Below, piece after piece: positions 23,601 to 34,100 of a DNA stretch of 40,061 nt. Numbering within the stretch: the first letter of the stretch is position 1; each line of letters begins with the position of its first letter. A program made the translations under genes and the position numbers. Source of the DNA: Octopus bimaculoides (taxonomy: Eukaryota); NCBI RefSeq assembly GCF_001194135.2, contig NC_068982.1, positions 96,548,937 through 96,588,997 on the forward strand, given 5' to 3'. The notes beneath the pieces are model-generated. The model saw nothing but the letters and a program-made list of their open reading frames with translations. It searched no databases and had not been told where the DNA came from.

Positions 23601-25005
23601 TTTCTTAAGAGCAAAAACTTTTAGTAAAAGGAATTGCTGTAGTTTACCAAATTAATGTCAATATGTCACTTGAGGAATCTCTTAGATGGTTACTCAACTT
23701 GCTAGAATTAGCAGCCAGATCTTCATGAAAAGAACACATTTGATAATGTGATCCATAGTGCACTGTACCTAGGAAAAGGATTGGATGGTCATGATTGGAA
23801 TGCTATTGATAACAGGTCTCTTTGGTTAGAACTGACCTCAGGCGAAACAACAAGTGGTGTTTATCAACTTTCATCCCCTTGGTTAATAAAAAGTAAACTC
23901 TTGATGGCATCAAATAAGGTCTTATTTGGTTATCTTCACCATAACAACAACAATAATAATAATAAAAACCTTCTAACTTTAGTTTAAAACTAGGAATTTA
24001 AGGAGAGACTGTAATTGATTAAATAGACCTTAATACTTAATGGTCATTACTTAACTCATACCTATTGACAAGAAAGAAAGTTGATTCTGGTGGAAACAAG
24101 GCATTTAGTCTATTACCTTTCTACTTCAGTTATTCTGCCATTTAATGATTATCATTATCCTTAGTTCAGTAATCTTATTTTTATTGCATGCTATCACTGC
24201 ATATCCAAGCACAGATTTGTAGGTTTTGGGTACATGTAGTGCTTTTTGTTTTGTTGGGGTTTTTTTCTATTGTATTGAAGGTACTCTATGTAATATGCAT
24301 ACTTAATAAGTGCATGAGTATAAATCTTGGCATTTGGGTTAAGAATACTGTAATAATGATGGCCATAGATCCAATGAAATAGGGAAATGGTGGGAAAGAA
24401 TTCAATTATAATAATAATCTGATGATGATGATTAAACATTTTCAGCTGAATGTTTTTAATTTTACTTCTATTTTCTATGCAAATTGTGTAGGATAGTTCT
24501 ACAAATTTTGTGATATTTTCATATTAATTATCTGACTTATATATTTGATAGCAGGTTGACTCAGCTCCACATTATTTAAAGTTCTGTGAACAGAAATGAA
24601 CTATTCTCCCACTGACTACAAATTTTTAAAATTAGTAAAGGATAGAATTTTTACACAATTTTATTAAATATCTATTTTCTAGAAGTTTTATTTTTCCTTT
24701 TCTTTTTTGTTTGTCTTTTTACTTAAATATTTTTTTTAAAAATTCATATTTTTTTTTCCTTTTATTTCAGGAGTCTTGGTTGTACTGTAGTAGAAATGTT
24801 CACAATGAAACCACCTTGGCCTGACCTTGAATCTATGGCTGCTATTTATAAAATTGCTACATCAGAACATCCAAAATATGAACTTCCTTTTCATGTCTCT
24901 GATATAGCCAGAGACTGTATTCGAAATTGTTTCAGAAAAAATTCTCGAGAACGTCCTACTGCTGAAGATTTGTTACGCCATAGATTTATAGTCGAAGGTC
25001 TATAA
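3900..25005 (+). CDS. MAP3K2/MAP3K3: MEKK2/MEKK3-type MAP kinase kinase kinase (PB1 + kinase), 14 coding exons in window, start-codon exon not identified; join(3900-4000,8694-8740,9426-9531,13334-13516,13686-13814,14154-14248,16214-16302,16426-16497,18171-18410,19567-19715,20204-20326,21624-21753,22977-23151,24771-25005)
   Basis: All 13 introns are GT-AG and exon phases chain without stops. Total is 1874 nt, about 625 aa if a 4-nt ATGG first exon is added. The translation is colinear with human MEKK2/3: PB1 ([12 protein letters not shown]...[17 protein letters not shown]), [62 protein letters not shown]. Confidence 0.96.
4745..5137 (+). mobile_element. Tc1-family transposase remnant, DD36E spacing, runs into a gap
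   Basis: Translation [25 protein letters not shown]...[12 protein letters not shown]...[15 protein letters not shown]. Confidence 0.88.
5700..5935 (+). mobile_element. Dispersed SINE-like repeat; related copies at ~30660-30870 and ~38000-38105 on the minus strand
   Basis: Shared 3' segment gcagcactcccacacggttgcagtctaatgattgaaacaagtaaaaga. Its reverse complement recurs, degenerately, at the other loci. Confidence 0.55.
6005..6370 (+). mobile_element. hAT transposase remnant (SPIN/GTF2IRD2-like), N-terminal part
   Basis: Frameshifted motifs [20 protein letters not shown] (BED-like), [16 protein letters not shown] and [13 protein letters not shown]. Confidence 0.7.
7125..8003 (-). mobile_element. 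Merlin (IS1016/ISXO2-like DDE) transposase pseudogene interrupted by an RTE LINE
   Basis: Minus-strand motifs [39 protein letters not shown] (7860-8003) and [24 protein letters not shown]...[24 protein letters not shown] (7125-7306 joined to 7782-7791). Confidence 0.85.
7307..7776 (+). mobile_element. 5'-truncated RTE-clade LINE (ORF end, 3' UTR, (GAT)7 tail)
   Basis: ORF end [29 protein letters not shown] tail at 7757-7777, TSD TTCCT at 7302-7306 and 7777-7781. Near-identical to the minus copy at 27553-27882. Confidence 0.88.
8455..8640 (+). mobile_element. Degenerate tRNA-derived SINE (same family as 39262-39493)
   Basis: ggcaaaatgcttagtggcatttc...aagttcaaattc...tttgcctttcatcttttcagtgttgataaaataagtaccag. 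Confidence 0.75.
8694..8740 (+). CDS. MAP3K2/MAP3K3: MAP3K2/3 exon B, PB1 start ([16 protein letters not shown])
   Basis: tttgtatttcag acceptor, AG|gtaagt donor. Matches human NDVRVKFEHRGEKR. Confidence 0.93.
9426..9531 (+). CDS. MAP3K2/MAP3K3: MAP3K2/3 exon C, PB1 ([35 protein letters not shown])
   Basis: cttag acceptor, GAA|gtaagt donor, phase 2 to 0. Aligns with ILQFPRPVKLEDL...MDLHYTNNE. Confidence 0.92.
9752..9814 (-). mobile_element. Extreme 3' end of the RTE LINE family
   Basis: Reverse complement closely matches 7704-7765. Confidence 0.8.
9915..10134. mobile_element. piggyBac-type MITE (220 bp)
   Basis: TTAA at 9911-9914 and 10135-10138. TIRs CCCTTTAGCGTTCAAA and TTTAAACACTAAAGGG. 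Confidence 0.8.
10986..12247 (+). mobile_element. Near-full-length mariner (DD34D), non-functional transposase
   Basis: 24-bp TIRs TCAGGTCATC(C/T)CATAAGTTCTGTC with 1 mismatch, TA TSD at 10984-85 and 12248-49. ATG at 11172, HTH, K*VPCEL (WVPHEL), [15 protein letters not shown]. Contains stops, frameshifts and a mutated first catalytic Asp (VTGNK). Confidence 0.95.
13334..13516 (+). CDS. MAP3K2/MAP3K3: MAP3K2/3 exon D, PB1 end and Ser-rich linker ([33 protein letters not shown]...SESYYN)
   Basis: ttattttcag acceptor, gtaagt donor, 61 open codons. Matches LVIPLTTQDDLDKAVELLDRS..SLKILL. Confidence 0.95.
13686..13814 (+). CDS. MAP3K2/MAP3K3: MAP3K2/3 exon E ([43 protein letters not shown])
   Basis: ctctgttgcag acceptor, gtaagt donor. 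Matches RDRSSPPPGYIP...SINSEGEFIPE. Confidence 0.95.
14154..14248 (+). CDS. MAP3K2/MAP3K3: MAP3K2/3 exon F ([31 protein letters not shown])
   Basis: tctcttttgcag acceptor, gtaagt donor, phase 0 to 2. Matches SPENSGSGSCPSLDS. Confidence 0.92.
15201..15420. mobile_element. piggyBac-type MITE (220 bp)
   Basis: TTAA at 15197-15200 and 15421-15424. Imperfect TIRs CTCTTTCGTTAC and GATAATGAAAGAG. Confidence 0.72.
16214..16302 (+). CDS. MAP3K2/MAP3K3: MAP3K2/3 exon G ([29 protein letters not shown])
   Basis: tttttaaacag acceptor, G|gtaaga donor, phase 2 to 1. GESYP matches the human sequence. Confidence 0.9.
16426..16497 (+). CDS. MAP3K2/MAP3K3: MAP3K2/3 exon H ([24 protein letters not shown])
   Basis: attttcag acceptor, gtaagt donor, phase 1 to 1. 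Matches GGTYPRRY. Confidence 0.92.
17395..17830 (-). mobile_element. Degenerate SINE/RTE-tail related repeats
   Basis: Contains cagctggatgctcttcctgtcaccaacc, shared with the RTE 3' UTR, and a head resembling 37810-37960. Further relatives lie at ~29170-29530, ~33950-34120 and ~35540-35770. Confidence 0.55.
18171..18410 (+). CDS. MAP3K2/MAP3K3: MAP3K2/3 exon I ([19 protein letters not shown]...[12 protein letters not shown]...[20 protein letters not shown])
   Basis: ctttattcag acceptor, gtaagc donor, phase 1 to 1. Matches RKTFPR...LSTSSGSS...RRGSDIDNP. Confidence 0.94.
19567..19715 (+). CDS. MAP3K2/MAP3K3: MAP3K2/3 exon J, kinase subdomains I-II ([50 protein letters not shown])
   Basis: Near-identity to the human SPRAPTNW...AVKQVQ segment. 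AAG acceptor, AAG|gtaaat donor. Confidence 0.96.
20204..20326 (+). CDS. MAP3K2/MAP3K3: MAP3K2/3 exon K, kinase III-V ([41 protein letters not shown])
   Basis: tgctttacag acceptor, GGG|gtaaga donor, 41 codons. Confidence 0.97.
20470..20670 (+). mobile_element. Possible old L2/CR1-like LINE 3' remnant
   Basis: One frame reads [18 protein letters not shown], resembling the SFFPRTxxLWNxLP motif at the end of CR1/L2 ORF2. Confidence 0.4.
21624..21753 (+). CDS. MAP3K2/MAP3K3: MAP3K2/3 exon L, kinase VIa-VIb ([43 protein letters not shown])
   Basis: ttcatttcag acceptor, gtaagt donor, catalytic HRD motif. Confidence 0.97.
21960..22237. mobile_element. piggyBac-type MITE (278 bp)
   Basis: TTAA at 21956-21959 and 22238-22241. 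TIRs CCCATTACCTACC and GGGAGGTAACGGG. Confidence 0.75.
22977..23151 (+). CDS. MAP3K2/MAP3K3: MAP3K2/3 exon M, kinase VIb-IX ([59 protein letters not shown])
   Basis: ttattttacag acceptor, gtaagc donor, DFG and APE motifs. Confidence 0.97.
24771..25005 (+). CDS. MAP3K2/MAP3K3: MAP3K2/3 terminal coding exon N ([16 protein letters not shown]...[17 protein letters not shown])
   Basis: tttatttcag acceptor, phase 2 start completing Trp, TAA at 25003-25005. Confidence 0.97.
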
Positions 25006-26500
25006 TACTAGCTTTCTTTGACTTTCTGCACTTCTATCAAAAGTCTTTCACTGGTAACAAAAGCAGATATGGATAGGAAATAAAAGAGTAAAAAGATAAT
25101 GACGGAGAGAGAGAGAGTGAATCAAGTAAACAAAGAGAGATTATTGGTTTTGTTGTGTGAAATATCTAAAGAATTTCTACATCTATTTCAAATCTGATCT
25201 GTTTTGCTCTTCTTTAACCTGATTCTTCTTGACAAAGAAAACCAGGTGTGATAGGAATATAAAAAGAAAAGTGTTGCAAATGATCTGGGATATTCTTTAG
25301 TTATCCTATATTGGATATTTCCGAAGAGAAAAAAAATGTAAGAGGTGGATTGAAGCCAGTGAATGTGTGCAATTACTGGAAATTTTCAAGAGAATGTTGA
25401 AGCCAATGAATATCCTCAGTGTCTGTGCTTCTTTTATTTACAACTGAGTCAAAGAAGTACAGCTGAAATGGTGCTAAATATTATTCAAGATTTGTCAAAA
25501 AGAGGTTTTGGTGTTTACTATCTTGGATTCAAGGTATGAAAAGAGAATAAAGTTGTTAGAAGTTGAAAATAGAAATCAAGAAAATGGCATTCTAGTGTGA
25601 GAATGTTGACTGCAGCCATGGTTCTTGACAACAATTATGCAAGGGAGATAACAAAGATATTGGCTACAACAACAATTCTTCAAACACCAAGTTCACTCTC
25701 TTTTTCTCTCTCTCCTCTCTTTCTTTCTCTCTACCTTCTATACATATTTCTTCCTACCTTATTATTAAGGCAGAGAAATGGTCTGATTAAAGATATAGAA
25801 CAATTGAAATTATAAACAGCTGCCCTTAAAGTAGTACTGCTGTCCACTTAAAATATATTCTAAAGAATTTGACTGAAATTGTTTCTACTGCTGCTGGCAG
25901 CATTATTATGATAAACACCACCTCAGCTACAACCACAACAACAGTCTCAGTACAAAGAGCAATGAATAGATTGCAAGGATTATTACACCTTATATGTACA
26001 CTAAGCATGCAGGTACATGCACACATGGCTGTGTACGTATCATTCACTCACCAACAGTCTGCTAACATCCAACATTTATTTTGACCTGATTCTAGCAGTG
26101 ACAATGAATATGAACTGGAAAAAAAAAACACAAAAGATCGAAGTAAATTGTCTGTAGCATTTGCATACCAGATTCTTTTCACAGAACAATGGCTCTGGGG
26201 GTTGAAGTACTTAGACTATCTACACATGGTCATGTGTTCAAACTTTGCTCTTTCTACAGCCATTGTGTTACATCCCACCCAAGAAATACACATTTCTTTG
26301 TTTGCCCCCATTCTGCTTAGCTAGCCATAAATACCACTTCTGCTTGATGGTTAGCAGTAGAGAAGGGCATCCATTTGTAAGAACAATTGATCCAACAAAC
26401 TGCAAATGTTCAAATAAATGAAAAAAAAAAGATATGACCCATACATCCATGCTAGCATGGAAGAAATGGATGTAAAGCAGTAATAAATAAATAAAAAGTA
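25006..26500 (+). other. Probable MAP3K2/3 3' UTR; end uncertain
   Basis: AT-rich sequence after the stop codon, mostly non-repetitive. AATAAA candidates near 25079, 25546 and 26482-26495. Confidence 0.4.
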
Positions 26501-27552
26501 ACTCAACCCACCCACCCCCTATTCAGTGAGTGTTTTATAATTAATACAAGTAGAACTATTGGAGGTCAATGAGTAACTCGCAGTGAATCCGTACAGAATA
26601 TTTCTTACCCTAAAAATAATATTTAAACCATATTTTATGGTAAGGAATACAATTACACAGATGTACAAACACTATGTGGTTCATTACAAAAAGAAAAATA
26701 AGAAAAAATGTAATTTAACTTATCTTCTGCTTCTTCTATTTGTTTCATTTGTTTGTTGTTAACTACTTGTTCATTTATTTTCTTGTATTGCTGTTATATT
26801 GTTAACATTTGTTCAGTTCATATTTCTTTCTTCACCCATACCATTACCCTTTGTTATTGTGTTGATTCTGTAACACATTAGTAGGTGTGTCTATTCATTA
26901 TTGTATCGTGGATTGTATTGGACATGTGTAAAAAATGTGCACAATGAATGTGTGAGGCGTGTGTAAGAAGTCTGTGCAGTATATGGAATATGTAAGAAGT
27001 GTGTAGAATGTATGAGACGTGTAGGAGACGTGATGTAATGTATGACATGTGATGTATGAGAAGTTTGTAGAGGGATTGCAAAAGGATCAATTTGGATATA
27101 GCTTATTGGATGTGCAATGTTAATCTAGAGGAAAAGCTGAGTATGAGTGAGCTGGCGAAACAGAACGTTTTCAAAAGCATTGATTAGTTTGTAGTAGAGA
27201 GATATCTATACCAGTCAAACAGATGAACTATGCTGAATGAAAAGGAGTCAGAAATGTACAGTATTGGGTACCTGTTGTAGTGCTAAACAAGAGGGAAAAT
27301 GGTGAGGTCAGATCTGAGAACATTGGGCTTCAAAGATAAATTGACACAGGACTAAGATGCATTAACTGGCTCTTTATTTCAGATCCATGCAACCCAGGCC
27401 ATCAATGGAGAACTCAATGTGGAAACCAAGTAGGCTGATGAGGATGAGCATACTCACTTCCTCTGCTACTTTTTCCAAATGTTTCAAATGAGAATTCTCA
27501 TTTCAAGTAGAAGTATATGTATGAATATGGATATGTATGGACAGCTGTGGAT

Positions 27553-28421
27553 ATCATCATCATCATCATCATCATCATCATCGTTTAACGTCCGCTTTCC
27601 ATGCTAGCATGGGTTGGACGATTTGACTGAGGACTGGTGAAACCGGATGGCAACACCAGGCTCCAGTCTGATTTGGCAGAGTTTCTACAGCTGGATGCCC
27701 TTCCTAACGCCAACCACTCAGAGAGTGTAGTGGGTGCTTTTACGTGTCACCCGCACGAAAACGGCCACGCTCAAAATGGTGCATCTCATGTGCCACCCGC
27801 ACAAGAACCAGTCCAGGGGCACTGGCAACGATCTTACTTGGCTTGCCGGGTCTTCTCACGCACAGCACATTTCCAAAGGTCTNNNNNNNNNNNNNNNNNN
27901 NNNNNNNNNNNNNNNNNNNNNNNNNNNNNNNNNNNNNNNNNNNNNNNNNNNNNNNNNNNNNNNNNNNNNNNNNNNNNNNNNNNNNNNNNNNNNNNNNNNN
28001 NNNNNNNNNNNNNNNNNNNNNNNNNNNNNNNNNNNNNNNNNNNNNNNNNNNNNNNNNNNNNNNNNNNNNNNNNNNNNNNNNNNNNNNNNNNNNNNNNNNN
28101 NNNNNNNNNNNNNNNNNNNNNNNNNNNNNNNNNNNNNNNNNNNNNNNNNNNNNNNNNNNNNNNNNNNNNNNNNNNNNNNNNNNNNNNNNNNNNNNNNNNN
28201 NNNNNNNATTACACATCCAACGGAGCATACTGGCTTCATTCCTTGCGAGCTTACGTATGTCCTCAGCAGTTACAGCCCATGTTTCACTGCCATGTAGCAT
28301 GGTTGTTCGTACGCATGCGTCATACAGTCTGCCTTTTACTCTGAGTGAGAGTCCCTTTGTCGCCAGCAGGGGTAAGAGCTCTCTAAACTTTGCCCAGGCT
28401 ATTCTTATTCTAGCAGCTACA

Positions 28422-28424
<3 letters not shown>
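27553..28424 (-). mobile_element. 5'-truncated RTE-clade LINE with internal assembly gap
   Basis: Minus ORF SVAARIRIAWAKFRELLPLLATKGLSLRVKGRLYDACVRTTMLHGSETWAV...MLRWMCN, 3' UTR matching 7330-7776, and (ATC)10 at 27553-27582. Confidence 0.92.
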
Positions 28425-28461
<37 letters not shown>

Positions 28462-28572
28462 CGCACACATCAACTTGTACACATATAGATCTATTTTCTG
28501 TATACAGAAAGATAATTATATATTAATATTATAAACACACACACATACATGCATGTAATTGTTATTCTTATA

Positions 28573-28674
28573 GAAGAATGTTGTTGACAGTGACTTCAAA
28601 GTTTTGGCCAGCTAAGCCATTGTCAGACTGTTTACCTGGCCAAAACTTTGAAGTCACTACTAACAACATTCTTG
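28573..28674. repeat. Foldback palindrome, probably a TA-flanked Tc1/mariner-type MITE
   Basis: 38-bp arms (28574-28611 and 28636-28673) with 3 mismatches and a perfect 23-bp core, 24-nt loop, TA at 28571-72 and 28675-76. Confidence 0.8.
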
Positions 28675-31014
28675 TACAGAAATAATAAATTTGTACTCTA
28701 CAAAAGTATAGAGTAACCCATCAAGTTAATGTAAAATTGTTTTCATTATAACCGAATATAAAAACAAACATTAATATCCATACATATATATACATCATCA
28801 TCATAATGAGTTGGAAAGGACCCACCTAACCTATGCCAGCATGGAAAAGCAGATGTAAAAACTGGGATGATGACACACATGTATCATCAATATGCTCCAT
28901 CTTGTCAAACATTGAGGCATCCCCATGTCCTATAACCTTTTTCACATAGCTGTACCTATAATCTCCCAGGGGTCATCAGGAACAAATAAATTACTTAATA
29001 CATACAAACATTGCTTAAGTACCAATAGATTAAGTTGGCTTCTACTTATAGAAGATACATGTTTGTTTAAGGTTATCTACAAAAAATTCTAATGTACCAA
29101 TATAATTCAACTTACGCTCATACACAGTTACATATTTATGTTTGTGTACACCAGTTGATATGTGATATATTATCATCATAGAACATCCACTGTTCCATGC
29201 TTGCATGTGTCGAATGAAATTCAATGAGGCACAGTTTCTGGAGCTAGATGCCCTTCCTGTCACCAACCCTTACCTCTTTCCAATCAAGTTGATATTCCCC
29301 CATGGCTGAACATGTTTCCACAGAAGCTAAAAAGCAAAGGGCACTGTTAGTATGAAGTTGATGCTTGTTTACAATCATGCAATGTCAATACAAGACACAT
29401 ATACACATAGAACAGGCTTCTACCATATCTCTCAAGACTTTGGTCAGGCCAGAGCTATGTAGGAGACGCTTACCTAAGGTGCCTCTCAATAAGACTGACG
29501 CTGAAACCACTATATGGAGATATATTGTATATCCACATATATGTTTGTGTATGCATATTCAAATGTGTACATTTACTTTACAATTAAACCTATATGTACT
29601 GACAACATGTGTGTGTGTGTGTGTGTGTATAATTTCAAAAGTTGGCAGTGTGTTCTGAGTTTCACCTTTAGCTGTTCACAACTGTTTGATTCCTACATTA
29701 TGTAAAATGTTTTATATACATTACAGTGTGTGTGTATAAATGCTAATATATGCACATTCTTCTAAATGTTCTTCGTATGAAAACTGGAGTATAAATATAT
29801 TAGTAAAGGTGTTAATAATTATGATGCAAAACAGCTGCTGTGTGTTCAAACCATCACTTTTTTATTTTAGTTATTAAATCATTGCATCTCATTTTCATGA
29901 ACCTCCCTCTCTCTCTCTCTATGCACACACACACACACACACACCCCTCAGTTTCATATTAAAACTGATAAACATTTCATGTGGGTTTTTGAACAAAACT
30001 AAGTTTTAAACAGCTTTAACACAACTCCACAAGTGAAAAAGAAGCCTGTTAGAATAATGGTTCTTATTTTTCACATCAAAATTTTGAAAAAAATAAAAGG
30101 GATTTTTCCCATTGGCACCAGGCCACATTTTGTAGGAAAAGCATATAGTTGGTGAAATGGACCCAGGACATGCTTATTTATTTTATTAACCACAGTCAAA
30201 TATAAATCAGTGTTGACACTAGCACAATCTAAACTCAGTACACAGAGGAACAAATAGGTGGATGCTGTTTGTCACTTAGTTTGGCTTCCTATTATTTCTG
30301 TTGCTTCACAGCCTTAGACCAAAGAATAATATGTTCTAATTTTCCGGACAAATAACCTAATCATCAGCATATATTTACATTGCTTACATTTCAATTAATT
30401 TGTTATATGATCATCATTGAATGTCTTATTCTTGGACGTTTACATGGTCCCAGACTGAATTTGAACTAGGAACCTTTTGTTTGTCAGCTTTAACTACTAG
30501 TAACAATAATATTTTCCATGAAGCCACTGTAATTGTGCACACACACACACACACACATATATATATCTTATTTTATAAATAATATTACAAGTTCAAATAT
30601 AGTCTAGGATAAAACATCTGATTACAATCAAAGAACAATGCAGTAAAACTTGTCAGTATTGATATTTTATATTTTTTTCTCCTTTTGCTTGTTTCAGTCA
30701 TTGAACTCAACCCATGCTTGGGCACCACCTTAAAGGGGTTTTCATTGAACAAATCAATCCCAGTACTTTTTAGGTCTGGTACCCATTCTATTAGTTTCTT
30801 TTGCCAAACTGCCAAATTACAGAGATGTTAAATAAAACACTGGTTGTCAAGGAGTGGGAGACAAAGACACACACACACACACACACACACACATATTCCA
30901 TAATAATAATAATAATCATGTTACTCATTTCTTACATAGGCACAAGTTGATCAACTCTACCCCACACCAAATTTGATATCTTGTTTCGCAAATTGTGGTG
31001 GAACAGGGTTATAG

Positions 31015-31150
31015 TTAATGATATCATTTCCAGTTTTTGACTGGTACATTTTTTTATCAACTCCAGAAAAATGAAAGGCAAAGCTGACTTCAGCAGGATT
31101 TGGGCACTGAATACAAAATACAGCAGGTTATTTGCCCGGGGGCTCTACTG
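31015..31150 (-). mobile_element. Degenerate SINE (same family as 39262-39493)
   Basis: actggtacatttttttatcaactccagaaaaatgaaaggcaaagctgacttcagcaggatttg. Confidence 0.65.
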
Positions 31151-34100
31151 ATTCCATTGTAAGAAGAATCTGGTATTTGAACACAGAACCAAAGGAATTA
31201 GAACATAAAATACTGCAAGCATTTAGTTTGATGGACTGATGATGTAGTAGCTTTTTCTTGTTAGAGGAGGTGGGTCAGTACCCATAGCCATCGCTTTGCA
31301 GCTCTCCCAGGTTGGTGACATTGATGGAGTTGCGTCCAGCCTGAACATTTTCAGATCAATGGCTTCAGGAAAAACCAAGCTGGTGAAAGAACAATTATCA
31401 ATCTGGTCCAAATGCTTGCAACACAGTGAACTCAGCTGCAGGACCCATGGATCAAGTAGTGGTTTTGAACCGGGCAGTGCCACTCCACCATCTTAATAAT
31501 AAGAGCAATGATATTGATGATATGTGCTTATTCTTTCTGATCACAAAAGTCCATGGGGTTAAATGATGTTTATCTTTGGTTTTGGTACCATTAATTAAAA
31601 ACAAGAGATAAATCTCTGGGATTTGGGTCAGGCTTTTCATTGGCAGCTTTTCCTGTGGGTGGGACGAAACTCAATGCTGCTCCTGATTAGAATTTTGAGT
31701 CACACCACTCTCTGCAAGAAATAACAATCAAATTTCTCTCAAATCATATCCAACAGTCTTAAATAAATAAAAGATGCTCTAGATATTATCAGTCTTTCAT
31801 CATAAGTCTGTTTGATCAAGGTTGACTTGGAGCAAGCAACAATTAAAAGTTGATCTGAGAGTTAAGTTCCAGAGGCAAATGCAGTAATAAAGGCTTAATA
31901 CTGGCTACCAACCTCTCTGGTGGTGGTTTAGAATATAACCAACTCAGCTGCCCATAGGTCATATATATATATATATATATATCGTAATCATATTGGTACT
32001 ATATATCATCATCATCATCATCATATATATATATATATATATATTAACTATATAAATATAATTCTTAATTACATGTGTGCTATGTAGCCTATTAATACAA
32101 GAACTACATATTTTTAATTTACAAGGATTACTTTGTATACATTTAGTTTTTTAAAAATATTTTTATTTTATCTAAATTGTTTCTTTTTTTTTCTTTCGTA
32201 TATTTTATTATTAACCTTTAAAGTGACACAATGGCTGTTAGTGAGTTCAGGCCTTGTTACTATTGTATACTGATGGTTCTCAAGATACCTGACTATATTT
32301 GCTAACAAAGCACTGTGTTACGAATTTCTAAGAAAGAAAGAAACATTATATTAGATAAATATTCAACATGATAGTCATATTATGAAAGTCTGATCCTTCT
32401 AGTCTGGTGTCCTTTCAACTGAGCAATATGAAATGGTTGTCTGTGTCCAGAAAACTGTTGTATATGAAATTTTGCTGCAAACTTTTTTGTTGTGCATAAC
32501 ATCATTTTCAAAGTCTCAGTGTGATAGACAGAGCTTTCTCTTTCTAAAATGTATACTGCAGTGCTCTTACTGCTGAACTCCCAGGTGTTATTACATTTTG
32601 GAATATATCAGAAGTACTCCTAGAAAAGTTTAAAGAGCAGTATGGGTTTGTTTTGATTAATATTTCAATAACCTGTAGCTTTGATTAGTTTTAATAATTA
32701 TTTTTTACCTATAGAACACATTATTTCATTACAATTGTTTGACAAGTTATTTGTTGTTGCTTTGCTCCAGGTCAGTCCTGATTGATCACATCTGTAATAA
32801 AAGGCAACCAAGCATGACCATTCCATTTATGTCCTTTTCTGGTAGTGAACTACAGTGTCCATTGTAGCTTTCCTTTTTAAAAAAAAATAGAGTGAAATTT
32901 AAGAGATATTTGGTGGTGACTTTGTAGAAGAGCTGTCAACCCTGCCACTGTTAAATATTTGACTTTGGGCTTCTGTTAATCATTATTTTAAAAATAATGA
33001 TAGCTATCACAGTTTCTCTACATGATTTTATCGCCTACATAACTAGTGTAATGTAATTAATTACAAAAATATACCTATTGACATGTGTCTTTTAATACCT
33101 AAAATCAAGACAATACAAGAATATATTCACATAATATTCTTTATTGCTTTATGTGTGAGAAATACTGTGAAATTTATGTGAATATTTGTGAGTTTATAAA
33201 GAATACAATTATGTAATAACTTACTGCTGTCAGGGTGCCTATATGAATCATAATTTTGACTGAGAAATATGTAAAGACCTATTTAAATGCATGTAAGTTG
33301 GATCTTGTATATATATTTTTTAATAAATGATGGGAAATTCATAGCACATCTTATAACTCACTACACATTTTTATCTAACAAAACAACTAAACTATAAAAT
33401 GTTGAGTTCAGGGTTAGCCTTTCCCTTTTGGACCTACAAGCATCATTCAATCTATCTTCTTTATATAAGACAGTGTGCGATTTGAAGATGTAGTTTCTAT
33501 TATTAATAGGTTGAGTTTAAGCAGTCTTATAAATATCCCTAGTTGGTTCAGAAGACATGTACAACACAGGTGTATGACAAGAGACACAGGTACTATTAAT
33601 TAATAAACTAAGTAATAACTTAGGTAATTGAAATAACCTTGAACTAACAAAAGGGGCAAATTTATCAAGTTTTTACACTCTGACATACTGCCCTATGCAT
33701 ATTCATAACTAACTCATTTTGAACAAAATATTGCTACAGTATGGTATAGGTATATAGATACATATATGAACAGTACAGTGGTTAAAAGTTCTCTTTTCAC
33801 TAACAAAGTTAATTTGATTGGTAGAAATTGAAAAGAAGCCCATCATATGTGTGTGTTCATATAATTATGTATATATGCATAGGTGTGTGTTTCAATTTTA
33901 TTGTTCCAGTGTCATGCAAGTTGTAAACAAACATCACTATCATACAAGCAGTACTGTTTGCAATCTCACACACAAACATGTTGCAACTCAGGGGAAATAT
34001 TACATGGTTTGGAAACAGGTTCAGGAAAAGCATCTAGCCATAGAAAATCTGCCTCAATGAATCCTATCTAACTCATGCAAAAATGGAAGTGTAGTCATTA

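Noticed and set aside
25869-26084. 71-aa Thr-rich ORF after the MAP3K stop
   Set aside because: TTG start, low complexity, weak splice signals and no recognisable homology; likely UTR.
26878-27090. His-rich minus-strand ORF
   Set aside because: Translation of a degenerate TG/purine microsatellite.
27424-27460. CTGATGA followed by the small hairpin tgagcatactca
   Set aside because: No downstream GAAA box or closing stems, so it is not a hammerhead.
32231-32246. ACAATGGCTGTTA|GTGAGT as start exon of a second gene
   Set aside because: The phase-1 donor does not match the phase-2 open frame of the 32562 candidate, and there is no other support.
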